From an uncultured Dialister sp. (GTDB lineage Bacteria > Bacillota > Negativicutes > Veillonellales > Dialisteraceae): DNA of 64,000 nucleotides. Position 1 is the first letter of the stretch. Each line of letters opens with the position of its first letter. The position numbers and the translations under genes are program-made. The notes beneath the pieces were generated by a model, which was not told the origin of the DNA, did not search any database, and worked only from the letters and a program-made list of their open reading frames with translations. Positions 12,359 through 20,776 of this stretch are shown piece by piece. The stretch covers positions 7,228 to 71,227 of the forward strand of contig UQRR01000002.1 in assembly GCA_900543455.1 (NCBI GenBank), given 5' to 3'.

Positions 12359-13204
12359 CTATCTCCTCCTCTGCCATTTATACGAGCGGCTGCCCGAGTG
12401 CCAGGAAAGGCCGGCCGGTGCCGTCTTCACAGGTGCCTTCTCCCGCGCATTCTCCGCCTCTGCTCTCCGAAGCAGCTTCTTCCAGCGTGGAAACGGGATC
12501 TGTTTCTCTTCTTTGTACGATTTCCAGAAAAGAGCGAGTGCTTCTCCGAGCGCCCCTTTTTCGGAAAAATCCGAAAGCTCTCCCTGATGCGCGAGACGGT
12601 CTGCTTCCTCCGTATACGGGATGATGGCAGAGACGGACTCTTCATCGAGCGTCTCCAGCATATCCGTCAAGGAGATCTGCGTATCCCCCGAGAGGGAGAA
12701 CTGGTTCAGCACATAGGTCATGTACCGCTTGCGCGGTCCCGTCATGAGACGCTCTGCATTCCGCTTCGAGGCCCAGGACGGCGCCACGACGAGGAACATA
12801 TGATCCGAGAGATGCTCCGCAAAGCGGATACCCTCTCCTCGCCCCGCCGGACAGTCGAGAAGGATGTAGTCATACTTGTCCTCCACGTCTTCCAGCACGG
12901 TATCCATCGCCGCAGGAAAAACAGTCTCCCATGTATCATTCTGCGCCGCCGGCAGGAAATCCAAATGGTCATTCACTTCCAAGATGACATCCTTCGCAAA
13001 GCAACGGCCTTCCGCCAGATCCATCACATGATAGAAGCACTCATTTTCCAGTCCCAGCACGAGATCCATATTTCTCATGCCCATATCCCCATCGATGAGG
13101 AGCACCTTCTTCCCCTTCCGAGAGAGGAATATCCCCAGAGCAGCAGTGAGGAGCGTCTTCCCCACGCCGCCCTTACCGGAAGCAAAGGATACGATCTCAG
13201 CCAT
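12359..13204 (-). CDS. MinD/ParA-family P-loop ATPase (orphan MinD-like; no minC or minE nearby)
   Basis: Deviant Walker A SGKGGVGKT at the N-terminus (start MAEIVSFASGKGGVGKTLL) and a basic C-terminal tail. Confidence 0.6.
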   Translation of the reverse strand: MAEIVSFASGKGGVGKTLLTAALGIFLSRKGKKVLLIDGDMGMRNMDLVLGLENECFYHVMDLAEGRCFAKDVILEVNDHLDFLPAAQNDTWETVFPAAMDTVLEDVEDKYDYILLDCPAGRGEGIRFAEHLSDHMFLVVAPSWASKRNAERLMTGPRKRYMTYVLNQFSLSGDTQISLTDMLETLDEESVSAIIPYTEEADRLAHQGELSDFSEKGALGEALALFWKSYKEEKQIPFPRWKKLLRRAEAENAREKAPVKTAPAGLSWHSGSRSYKWQRRR

Positions 13205-15104
13205 TCTTTTTGCCTCCTGCCTTTGCCTCATCCGCTGCCTTCAGCTTTGCCGGCGAATAATCTCCGATATGGAAATAGGCATCCATCATCTTCTTGACGA
13301 CCGGTGCCGCGGACTCCGAGCCGAAACCGCTGTGCTCGAACATGCACAGGATCACGACCTCCGGCTTGTCGAAAGGCGCATATGCCACGAACCAGCCGTT
13401 ATCGAGACCATTCGTTTCCGCCGTACCAGACTTACCGGCGATCGAGATCGGATAATGTTCGAAGATCTGTCCGCCTGTCCCATCCTTGCTCATGACCATC
13501 CGAAGTCCTTTGTGGATCGCATCAAGCGTATCCTTAGATACCGGAAGCGTCCCCACCTTCTCCGGTGAGAAGATCTTGAGCGGTGTCCCATCCAGCTGAT
13601 CGATGCGGTTCACAAGGTATGGCTGGTAGCGGAAGCCGCCATTGGCGATCGCCGAGTATACCATCGCCATCTGCAGCGGCGTCGTCAGGGTGAAGCTCTG
13701 TCCGATCGCGGCATCCATCGTCTCCCCGAGGTACCAGTCCTGCTTGAAAACTTTCTTCTTGTAGGCTTCGCTTGCGATATTGCCGTCCGATTCACCGGCA
13801 AGGTCGATGCCTGTCGTTTTCCCAAGACCGAATTCCTCCGCCATATGGGAGATGCGGTCGATACCTGCACGGCGTCCCATTTCATAGAAATAGACATTGT
13901 CCGACTTTTCGATTGCTTCATAGAAATTGATCCATCCGAAAGCTTCGCCCCCAGAGTTTCTCTTATCGACGAGCCAGTGCTTGCCGTTATCAAAAATGCG
14001 TTCCTCTGGTGTCGTCACCTTCGCTTCGAGTGCTGCCGCGCCCGTGATGACTTTGAAGAGCGATCCGGGCGGATACATCGACTGGATCGTGCGGTTCTGC
14101 ATCGGATGATTCTTATTATTGACGATCTCATTCCAGTCTTTCGAAGAGATCCCCTTGCTGAAGCGGTTCGGATCATAGCTCGGCCAGCTAGCCATTGCGA
14201 GGATCGCTCCGCTATTCGGATCAACAGCCACCGCGGAAGCCCCCGTCGGCATGACACCGCCATGGACGAGCGTCTTCACCTGTGCTTCCATCGCGTCCTC
14301 TGCCGCTTTCTGCAGATTCGCATCCAGCGTCAGACGCACACTGTTCCCCGTGACAGACGGCGTACCACCCACATAGCGGACAGGCTGACCCGATGCATTG
14401 ACCTCGACCGTCTTCGAGCCATTCTTGCCTTCGAGATAATTGTTATAGCGGCGCTCAAGGCCCGCACGACCGATCAGTGTCGTGGTCTTGTACGGATTTC
14501 CTTCCGCGTCCCTGTCATCCGGCCCCGCTTCGCCGACATAGCCAAGGACCTGCGCCCCCGCATTGCCCAGCGGATATACGCGCAGCGGATTCACTTCTAT
14601 TTCGATGCCGGGAAATTCATCCTTCTTCTCTTCGATCTGCGTCGCGACATCGATGCCGACATCGTTTGCCAGATAGATCGCTCCGAAGGCCAGCTTATTG
14701 TCTTCGATCTTTTTCTTGATATCGGCAGTCGGCACATGAAGAAGCTGCGACAGGCGGCTGAGCGCCTCATCCGACAGCGTATTCCCCTTGCGATCGACCG
14801 GCATGACGACGCTGTATGCCGAGCGCGAGCCCGCAAGGATCAAGCCATTCCGGTCATACATGACACCACGCATCGCCTGCATGGGAAGGTAACGGATGCG
14901 ATTTCCATCCGCTTCTTCTTTATAATACCCGCCCTGAATGACCTGCATATAGAAAAGACGCAGTCCCAGGACGAGCAGGAGGAAGATCGCCGCATAGATC
15001 ATACGCGCATAGCGGGACTCCTCGGTATTTTTCAAAAGCCCACTGAGAATCGAGGGCACATGTTTATTCACCACTTCGGTTCTCCCTCCCGTTTCATGGC
15101 CCAT
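13197..15104 (-). CDS. mrdA: penicillin-binding protein 2 (elongasome transpeptidase)
   Basis: N-terminal TM segment, PBP dimerisation domain and transpeptidase domain motifs (SxxK-type STFK context, SGN-like, KTGT). The start is uncertain: ATG at ~15104, or GTG near 15074 overlapping the mreD stop. Confidence 0.85.
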   Translation of the reverse strand: MGHETGGRTEVVNKHVPSILSGLLKNTEESRYARMIYAAIFLLLVLGLRLFYMQVIQGGYYKEEADGNRIRYLPMQAMRGVMYDRNGLILAGSRSAYSVVMPVDRKGNTLSDEALSRLSQLLHVPTADIKKKIEDNKLAFGAIYLANDVGIDVATQIEEKKDEFPGIEIEVNPLRVYPLGNAGAQVLGYVGEAGPDDRDAEGNPYKTTTLIGRAGLERRYNNYLEGKNGSKTVEVNASGQPVRYVGGTPSVTGNSVRLTLDANLQKAAEDAMEAQVKTLVHGGVMPTGASAVAVDPNSGAILAMASWPSYDPNRFSKGISSKDWNEIVNNKNHPMQNRTIQSMYPPGSLFKVITGAAALEAKVTTPEERIFDNGKHWLVDKRNSGGEAFGWINFYEAIEKSDNVYFYEMGRRAGIDRISHMAEEFGLGKTTGIDLAGESDGNIASEAYKKKVFKQDWYLGETMDAAIGQSFTLTTPLQMAMVYSAIANGGFRYQPYLVNRIDQLDGTPLKIFSPEKVGTLPVSKDTLDAIHKGLRMVMSKDGTGGQIFEHYPISIAGKSGTAETNGLDNGWFVAYAPFDKPEVVILCMFEHSGFGSESAAPVVKKMMDAYFHIGDYSPAKLKAADEAKAGGKKNG

Positions 15105-15559
15105 AGCGGCCTGTGAAGAAAGAGCACAGCTACTCCATTCATGAAGGTGGTGCTCATCACAAAGTACAGGATATAAGAAATCGAGAAGACATGGCTGCCG
15201 GCTGCCAAAAGCACCAGCCATGACAGCAGGGCATAAAGGAGCGAGGCCAGCGTCATCGCAAAAAGCGAAATATACCAGTGACGGTTGTAGCGCTTCCTAC
15301 CCAAAGCGAGATACAGCGCTGCAATCGCCAGGTATGGCAGGAGATGCAGTCCGAAAAAATTTCCCGTCACAAGATCCGTAAGGAGCCCGCCCACGAGTGC
15401 AAGCGTCATCGCCGTCTTGTTGTCAAAGATCAGCGTCGCAAGGACGATGACAGCCAGCCACAGATCCGGCTGATGCAGCCCCGAGAAAAAGAATGGCATC
15501 ACCGAGGACTGCGCGAGGAAAATGAAGAAGCTCAAAAAAGCCAGTGCATAGCCGCTCAT
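15068..15559 (-). CDS. mreD: rod shape-determining protein MreD
   Basis: 163-aa polytopic membrane protein immediately downstream of mreC. Overlaps mreC by 4 nt. Confidence 0.75.
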   Translation of the reverse strand: MSGYALAFLSFFIFLAQSSVMPFFFSGLHQPDLWLAVIVLATLIFDNKTAMTLALVGGLLTDLVTGNFFGLHLLPYLAIAALYLALGRKRYNRHWYISLFAMTLASLLYALLSWLVLLAAGSHVFSISYILYFVMSTTFMNGVAVLFLHRPLWAMKREGEPKW

Positions 15560-16476
15560 TCCTTCTCACCTGCCTGATGTTTATTAGGATTCATCGGCGG
15601 TTCCTTCTTCGGCGGCTTCACCAGAATACTCTCTGGCGTTGCCCTCTGAATATGGTCTGTGATGATGAAGACCTCTTCCAGATGAGAGAAATCAGCCGCC
15701 GGAACAATGCGTGCCACCTGCGTGCCGCCGATGGAGTCGACATCCACCTGCTCGACCGTACCGATGACCATCCCCTTCGGATACACCCCGCCATAGCCGG
15801 ATGCCACGATGGTATCCCCCTTGATGACATCCGCCTCTCGCGGCAGATTCACGAAAGAAAGCTTGCCGGGTTCACTGCTGTTTCCGGAAACCATCGCCAC
15901 CACGCGCGAAGCCGGACGCGCAACGATTCCCCCCACCGATGTACGAGGATCCAGAAGGAGCTGCACGCGCGCGGAATTCTGATACACTTCACTTACAAAA
16001 CCCACCAGCCCCGTCGGGACGATGACCGGCATATACTTCTTGATGCCGCTGTCACTGCCCCTGTCCACGACCAGCGTCTGTGTCCATCCGCCGTAGTCGC
16101 GCGTGATGACAGACGCCCCCGTCAGGTGGTACTGCTTATAGCCCTGCTTGAACGAAAGGAGACTCTTCAGCCGGATATTCTCCGCGAGAATCTCTCTATA
16201 CTGCGTCTGCTCCGCGCGAAGACTTTCATTTTCCTTCCGGAGCGCATCCAGCTCACTCCAGTTCTCCCACACACCGGAAAGTATGCCAAATCCCTGTGTG
16301 AAAGAGAGCGCCGTCTTGCTCGCGGTATAGTTGAAAGGCGCCGCACCGATAGAAAGCGGCTGCGAAATGAAAGGGATATACTCCCTATGCCGCCAGAACC
16401 AGCCGCATGCGCCCATGAAAACAAAGAGTGCGACCGCGGCGGCCATCTTTTTTCTGCCAAAAAATATCACGATCAA
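15556..16476 (-). CDS. mreC: rod shape-determining protein MreC
   Basis: N-terminal TM segment, coiled-coil region (LRKENESLRAEQTQYREILAEN) and a C-terminal beta domain. Confidence 0.85.
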   Translation of the reverse strand: MIVIFFGRKKMAAAVALFVFMGACGWFWRHREYIPFISQPLSIGAAPFNYTASKTALSFTQGFGILSGVWENWSELDALRKENESLRAEQTQYREILAENIRLKSLLSFKQGYKQYHLTGASVITRDYGGWTQTLVVDRGSDSGIKKYMPVIVPTGLVGFVSEVYQNSARVQLLLDPRTSVGGIVARPASRVVAMVSGNSSEPGKLSFVNLPREADVIKGDTIVASGYGGVYPKGMVIGTVEQVDVDSIGGTQVARIVPAADFSHLEEVFIITDHIQRATPESILVKPPKKEPPMNPNKHQAGEKE

Positions 16477-17507
16477 GCGCCTCCATAATATTTTTCACCG
16501 TTCTCAATGAGAAGCGGCAGATCCTTATACATACCAAGAGCCTGATAGCAGCCCACGGCCAATACATCCCCCGGCAGAGCCGGTACAAAGACAGGCATAT
16601 GCAGCTCTCCGGCGAGCCAGTCCTTCAGCCCATCCAGAAGCGCACTGCCCCCTGAAAGAAGCAGGCCATTCTTCAGAAGATCGCCCGCCATCTCCGGCTT
16701 CGCCTCGCGAAGGACACGACGGATGAGCTTCAGGACCGGCTGCAGGATACGCTGCATCACCGGCCTTAATTCCTCCGTGGAAAGCTCCACCACCACTTCC
16801 ACGCCGTCACGGATCCTACGCCCGCGGATGGTGAATGTCGCCTGTCCATCCGCCGTTTTGAGAGAAATCACTTCACTCTTCAGCTTCTCCGCCTGATCCA
16901 GCCCGATCATGATCTGGTACTTATCCTGCAGATACTGACAGATCCCCTTATCGATATGATGCCCGCCGAAAGGGATCCCCTCCTGCGCGACGATCCCCCC
17001 GCAGCTGTAAAGCCCCGCATCAGCGACATCACGCCCGATGACCAGAGAAAAAATCACAGACGGTGCCAGCATATCCTTCCCCGTCCCGATGGCCGCAGCC
17101 GCCGGCGAAGGGAGAAGATACACATGCTGCGCGCCGGCATGGATCAAAGCATCCACCAGCGCATGGCGCGTGACCGAGCTCGTCTCGCCCGGAATGGAAA
17201 TCATCACCGTCGGACGCGACACCGCATGGTGAAGCGATTTGCGAATGAAAAAACGAAGCATCGCTTTCGTCATGTCATAGTCAGCGATGACGCCATTCTG
17301 TACCGGCCACTCCAGAGAAATATTCTCCGGCGCCTTGTGGTAATGAATGAGCGCCTCCGTGCCAAAGCCCAGTACATGGCCGTCGATGTTATCCACCGCG
17401 ACCGTACTCGCTTCAGCAAGGATCACTTTATTCTCCCGGTAGATACGGACTTGGGACGAGCCCATGTCCATCCCGATCCAGTTCGATAGTCCTCGAAACA
17501 TTTTCAT
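16473..17507 (-). CDS. mreB: actin-like rod shape-determining protein MreB/Mbl (divergent)
   Basis: 344 aa with actin-fold motifs (GIDLGT-like MDMGSS near the N-terminus, and LSGGSALL). Confidence 0.8.
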   Translation of the reverse strand: MKMFRGLSNWIGMDMGSSQVRIYRENKVILAEASTVAVDNIDGHVLGFGTEALIHYHKAPENISLEWPVQNGVIADYDMTKAMLRFFIRKSLHHAVSRPTVMISIPGETSSVTRHALVDALIHAGAQHVYLLPSPAAAAIGTGKDMLAPSVIFSLVIGRDVADAGLYSCGGIVAQEGIPFGGHHIDKGICQYLQDKYQIMIGLDQAEKLKSEVISLKTADGQATFTIRGRRIRDGVEVVVELSTEELRPVMQRILQPVLKLIRRVLREAKPEMAGDLLKNGLLLSGGSALLDGLKDWLAGELHMPVFVPALPGDVLAVGCYQALGMYKDLPLLIENGEKYYGGA

Positions 17508-17911
17508 GGTAAACCCTCACGATATATAAAGGCCGGTACAGAGCTCCCCACGGTCAAAGACCTGTGAGATACAGCGAAAATCCGCGGCGCATCCTAAAGC
17601 GCAGTGATCTTAATAAGCACTACGCCTCATGAAGCGCAGCCCCTGTCTCTGTCCGATGTATTCAAATGAAACGTCTTATTATTATAGCATGTTTACCATG
17701 GAGAATACAGTAGAAAGAGACGGTTTGGAACCACCATAGCCAAGGAAATATACGATGACGAGCCATCGGACTGTAATCAGGGATTTGCTGCTAAAACAAA
17801 GAAAAAGGCATGATAAAAAGCCGGGGCATACCGCCTCGGCTTTCTGACCTCCTCAAAGGTCGATTTCCCCCATGCATTACCCCACCTTCATGGGTGTAAC
17901 TGGACGAATTA

Positions 17912-17989
17912 TATTTTGTCCGATATGATCGGAGAAATTCTGGTGCGTCTAGAGGGATTCGAACTCTCGACACCTGGTTCCGGAGACCT
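17912..17989. repeat. attL: duplicated 3' part of tRNA-Arg (positions ~29-76) plus 29 nt of 3' flank
   Basis: tattttgtccgatatgatcggagaaattctggtgcgtctagagggattcgaactctcgacacctggttccggagacc matches 51914-51990. Confidence 0.8.
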
Positions 17990-18093
17990 TCAAATGAGAA
18001 TGACAAATTATATGAAATTCAGCGAATCAGATAACATCGCATTTCCTGCCGTTCCTATGCTGTCCCATTCTCATTTAGGAGACTTTCGGGCCG

Positions 18094-18120
18094 CCAACTG
18101 CGCCCGACTTTGCGCCCAGC
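18094..18120. promoter_or_regulatory. candidate integrase arm-type sites (TGCGCCC direct repeats) inside attL
   Basis: ccaactgcgcccgactttgcgcccagc here and ccaactgcgcccaaattgtgcgcccactccatgtgcgcccaaatgcgc at 51861-51908 share the 12-mer ccaactgcgccc and TGCGCCC(A) repeats. Confidence 0.4.
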
Positions 18121-18353
18121 TATTCTTTTTCTTTCCCATACAGGCGCTCCATGCCTGCCTTCGTTATCAGCCATGTGCAGCCGGACTTGCGGAACTCCTC
18201 GCCTTCTTTAAAACGAGGCGGAAGCCCCTTTTGTCCTGAGCACGCCTGCTTTACTGTGATCGCAGAAATTCCCCAACGTTCTGCAGCTTCCGCTGTCGTC
18301 ATCACTTCGTCGATGATTTTCATTTTCTGATTCTCCACACTGCGTAACCACAA
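18120..18353 (-). CDS. small helix-turn-helix DNA-binding protein
   Basis: 77 aa. TTAEAAERWGISAITVKQAC looks like an HTH. It sits at the attL end of the prophage. Confidence 0.4.
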   Translation of the reverse strand: MWLRSVENQKMKIIDEVMTTAEAAERWGISAITVKQACSGQKGLPPRFKEGEEFRKSGCTWLITKAGMERLYGKEKE

Positions 18354-18457
18354 AATACTGCCGCCGTAACTGCGCCTTGTATAAATTCCTTACTGATATT
18401 GACGAAGGACAGTGATGTGATCCAAAGTCCCAACGCGATAAAATCATAGAATTTCAT
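18320..18457 (-). CDS. small membrane protein (single TM)
   Basis: MKFYDFIALGLWITSLSFVNISKEFIQGAVTAAVFCGYAVWRIRK. Hypothetical. Confidence 0.25.
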   Translation of the reverse strand: MKFYDFIALGLWITSLSFVNISKEFIQGAVTAAVFCGYAVWRIRK

Positions 18458-18820
18458 TTTACTACCTCCATGTGATATAATGAGGTTGCCAAGAGGACGT
18501 TCGCCCTCTTGCACCTCAGCTCTTTAATCGTCTGAATCATTTGCGGTGATGGTGACGTTTGAAGAGCTCTTTTTGCTTGATGTACTCAACGAGTATTGGA
18601 ACTGCGATGATTAGCATCATTTGGATTAGCCATTTCATATCTTCCTTGTTTATTTTGACCACCTCCCTTCCTTAATTCTGTATTTATTATACACCTTATT
18701 CGACGTAATGTCAAGCAAAGAAAAGCTATTTTCTTCGATTTTATCGCACTTTTCAGCATTTTTACAAAATAAAAAAAGATGTCTTGATTTAGCACTGTGC
18801 CAAATCAAGACATCTTTTTT

Positions 18821-19141
18821 TTATTGCTTCACAGCATCCGCAATCCGCTTCCGCGCCGCTTCGAAATATCCCGGATCCTTCTCAATGCCGATAAAGTTGC
18901 GTCCGAGGTGCTGACAGGCGACGCCGCAGGAGCCGCTCCCCATGCATGAGTCCAGCACTGTCTCTTCTTCATCCGTGTAAGTGCGGATCATGTACTCCAG
19001 TAAGTCAACCGGTTTCTCTGTCGGGTGGATCTTGCCAACGCTATTCCCGCTCGAAAATGTTACAACGTCTCGAGGATATCGCATCCCGTCACGGTTTATG
19101 GTCGGGGTCAGCTTAAAGCGTCCATCTGATCTAAGCAGTCA
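18821..19141 (-). pseudogene. 3' remnant of an N6/N4 DNA methyltransferase gene (C-terminal ~105 codons only)
   Basis: The C-terminal MTase motif ...KIHPTEKPVDLLEYMIRTYTDEEETVLDSCMGSGSCGVACQHLGRNFIGIEKDPGYFEAARKRI is present. The frame is open upstream to 19141 with no start codon and no DPPY-containing N-terminal half. Confidence 0.55.
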
Positions 19142-19169
19142 CCTTGATAAAGATCGATCATGCGCCCAC

Positions 19170-19571
19170 CTACTTTTTACTCAATGCATACAGCAGACCA
19201 CCCGAGATTGCAATCCAGAGGTTACGCTGTTGAGTTTTCGTCTCAATGTCCTTCTTCGCCTCGTCCTCTAATTCTTTCAAGGATTGATTTGCACTCTCTA
19301 ATAATTTCCGCGTCTCGGCGTTCGTTTTCTTCGATTCTGCCAGCTCTGTCTGCGCTGTTTCTAACTGCTTCTGCTGCTCTGTCAAGAGATCCTGCTTGGT
19401 CGCGTTGCTCTTCGTCAGCTCGTCTAAGTTCGTCTCGAACTGTGTCAGTTCGCTTTCCGATATTTGATACATCGTTTCTGCCTGCGAAGTAAAACCACCC
19501 GCAAGCAAGAAGGATAATACAAGCAAATATACAGTATGTTTTGTACTTTTTGTAAAATTCGTAAATCGCAT
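19170..19571 (-). CDS. i-spanin-like lysis protein (N-terminal signal/TM, periplasmic coiled coil, short C-terminal hydrophobic segment)
   Basis: MRFTNFTKSTKHTVYLLVLSFLLAGGFTSQA..., a heptad-rich Q/E/K/L middle, and ...NLWIAISGGLLYALSKK. Lies immediately downstream of the endolysin. Confidence 0.45.
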   Translation of the reverse strand: MRFTNFTKSTKHTVYLLVLSFLLAGGFTSQAETMYQISESELTQFETNLDELTKSNATKQDLLTEQQKQLETAQTELAESKKTNAETRKLLESANQSLKELEDEAKKDIETKTQQRNLWIAISGGLLYALSKK

Positions 19572-19575
19572 ACAT
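19243..19575 (-). CDS. o-spanin-like lipoprotein encoded in an alternative frame, almost fully overlapping the i-spanin-like gene
   Basis: MYAIYEFYKKYKTYCIFACIILLACGW has a lipobox LLAC-G. The RBS GAAGGAGG lies 7 nt upstream of this ATG. Confidence 0.4.
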   Translation of the reverse strand: MYAIYEFYKKYKTYCIFACIILLACGWFYFAGRNDVSNIGKRTDTVRDELRRADEEQRDQAGSLDRAAEAVRNSADRAGRIEENERRDAEIIRECKSILERIRGRGEEGH

Positions 19576-19587
19576 TCCATACCTCCT

Positions 19588-20115
19588 TCATTCCGCCCAC
19601 TGATCTTGATAAAATAACGCTTTGCCACGGATGAAGTCGCCGCCGCTCCCCCATTCTGGGGACTGTGGGAGTGTCCATAAATCCCACCTTTCGCAAGTTG
19701 TGCTCGGTCCATATTCATCCAGCTCGGCGGCTTCAGCATGCGTCATGAAAAGAGACTTCCGAATCGGTAAATGCAAGGTATCAGAAATCACAGCAATGAC
19801 CTGCGCGAGGCACTCAATCTGCGCATCGGTCGGAGGGCAGTCGCCAAAGTCGGCATGACCATCGCCATAAAGCGCTGCGTCTTTGCAACAATCAATAGCA
19901 ATGGCCAGACTTCTATAATTCCGGTGCCAAGTAGCTGCTGGCTGCTCTCTGAAATCTTTAGTACGGTAAATCGTGCCTTCATCATTGATGTTGATGTGAT
20001 AATCGTCTGGATGATAATTATAGCTGCCGGCCGTCCAATGGATGTATACAACGTCAAACGCATCGGCCGCACGTTCAATACAATTTTTCAATTCTTCCAG
20101 TGTAAGAGTATCCAT
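19588..20115 (-). CDS. N-acetylmuramoyl-L-alanine amidase endolysin (amidase_2/PGRP family)
   Basis: 175 aa. ...VVYIHWTAGSYNYHPDDYHININDEGTIYR...MTHAEA is typical of zinc amidase_2. Confidence 0.75.
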   Translation of the reverse strand: MDTLTLEELKNCIERAADAFDVVYIHWTAGSYNYHPDDYHININDEGTIYRTKDFREQPAATWHRNYRSLAIAIDCCKDAALYGDGHADFGDCPPTDAQIECLAQVIAVISDTLHLPIRKSLFMTHAEAAELDEYGPSTTCERWDLWTLPQSPEWGSGGDFIRGKALFYQDQWAE

Positions 20116-20119
20116 TCAT

Positions 20120-20365
20120 CTATTTCCTTTCTGTATAACCGCCCGGAGCGCTGTTGTATTTGCTATTGATCAGCTTATTTACAACCTGCGTAGCCGCACC
20201 ACCACCACCGGTAAAGCTTGCGAATGTATCATAGTTATCCCATTTTTGATGTGTATACACTAAATAAGCAGATACCGCCAGGAACGCCAGCCAGCCGATT
20301 ACCGCAATCACTCGTGTCAGCGACAGCTCATCATTTTCATAAAGCAACATTTTCAAATACTTCAT
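20120..20365 (-). CDS. putative holin / lysis-associated small membrane protein
   Basis: 81 aa with a TM segment VIAVIGWLAFLAVSAYLVY. Lies just upstream of the endolysin. Confidence 0.4.
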   Translation of the reverse strand: MKYLKMLLYENDELSLTRVIAVIGWLAFLAVSAYLVYTHQKWDNYDTFASFTGGGGAATQVVNKLINSKYNSAPGGYTERK

Positions 20366-20379
20366 GTTATCACCTCTTT

Positions 20380-20679
20380 TTATTTTGATGGAAGTTTTCG
20401 GATATCATTCAAAATGGCTGTTCCTTGTCCATTGCCCCCTAGGCCGTGGTAACTGGAGTAAATATGTTCAGCGCTCGCTTTGTCTGCATATGAAAGCCAT
20501 TTTTGCCGCGCTCCGCGTTCATGAATCCGCCGGAGTTCCAATAGCAAAATGGCTTCTACTCCTTTCTCTAATGCTCTATAGTGTTTTGCATTATCTTGGC
20601 TTTTCCGCCAGAAAAAACCAATTAAAAAAGTACCGAGGCCATAAATGGCTTCTGGTACTAATGCTATAATCCAATCCAT
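20380..20679 (-). CDS. putative holin / antiholin-like small membrane protein
   Basis: 99 aa with N-terminal TM IYGLGTFLIGFFW. Lies in the lysis cassette. Confidence 0.35.
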   Translation of the reverse strand: MDWIIALVPEAIYGLGTFLIGFFWRKSQDNAKHYRALEKGVEAILLLELRRIHERGARQKWLSYADKASAEHIYSSYHGLGGNGQGTAILNDIRKLPSK

Positions 20680-20776
20680 ATAATTACATCCCCTGTGTCA
20701 CCTGTATGCAAGTTTTTTTAGACCCGCCGTATTGCCTCGCGTCAGCTGCACCTTGTTTTCTGTAATCTTTAGCATT

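Noticed and set aside
18541-18648. 35-aa hydrophobic peptide ORF (MKWLIQMMLIIAVPILVEYIKQ...) on the minus strand near attL
   Set aside because: Too short to support without homology. Could be a small phage membrane peptide.
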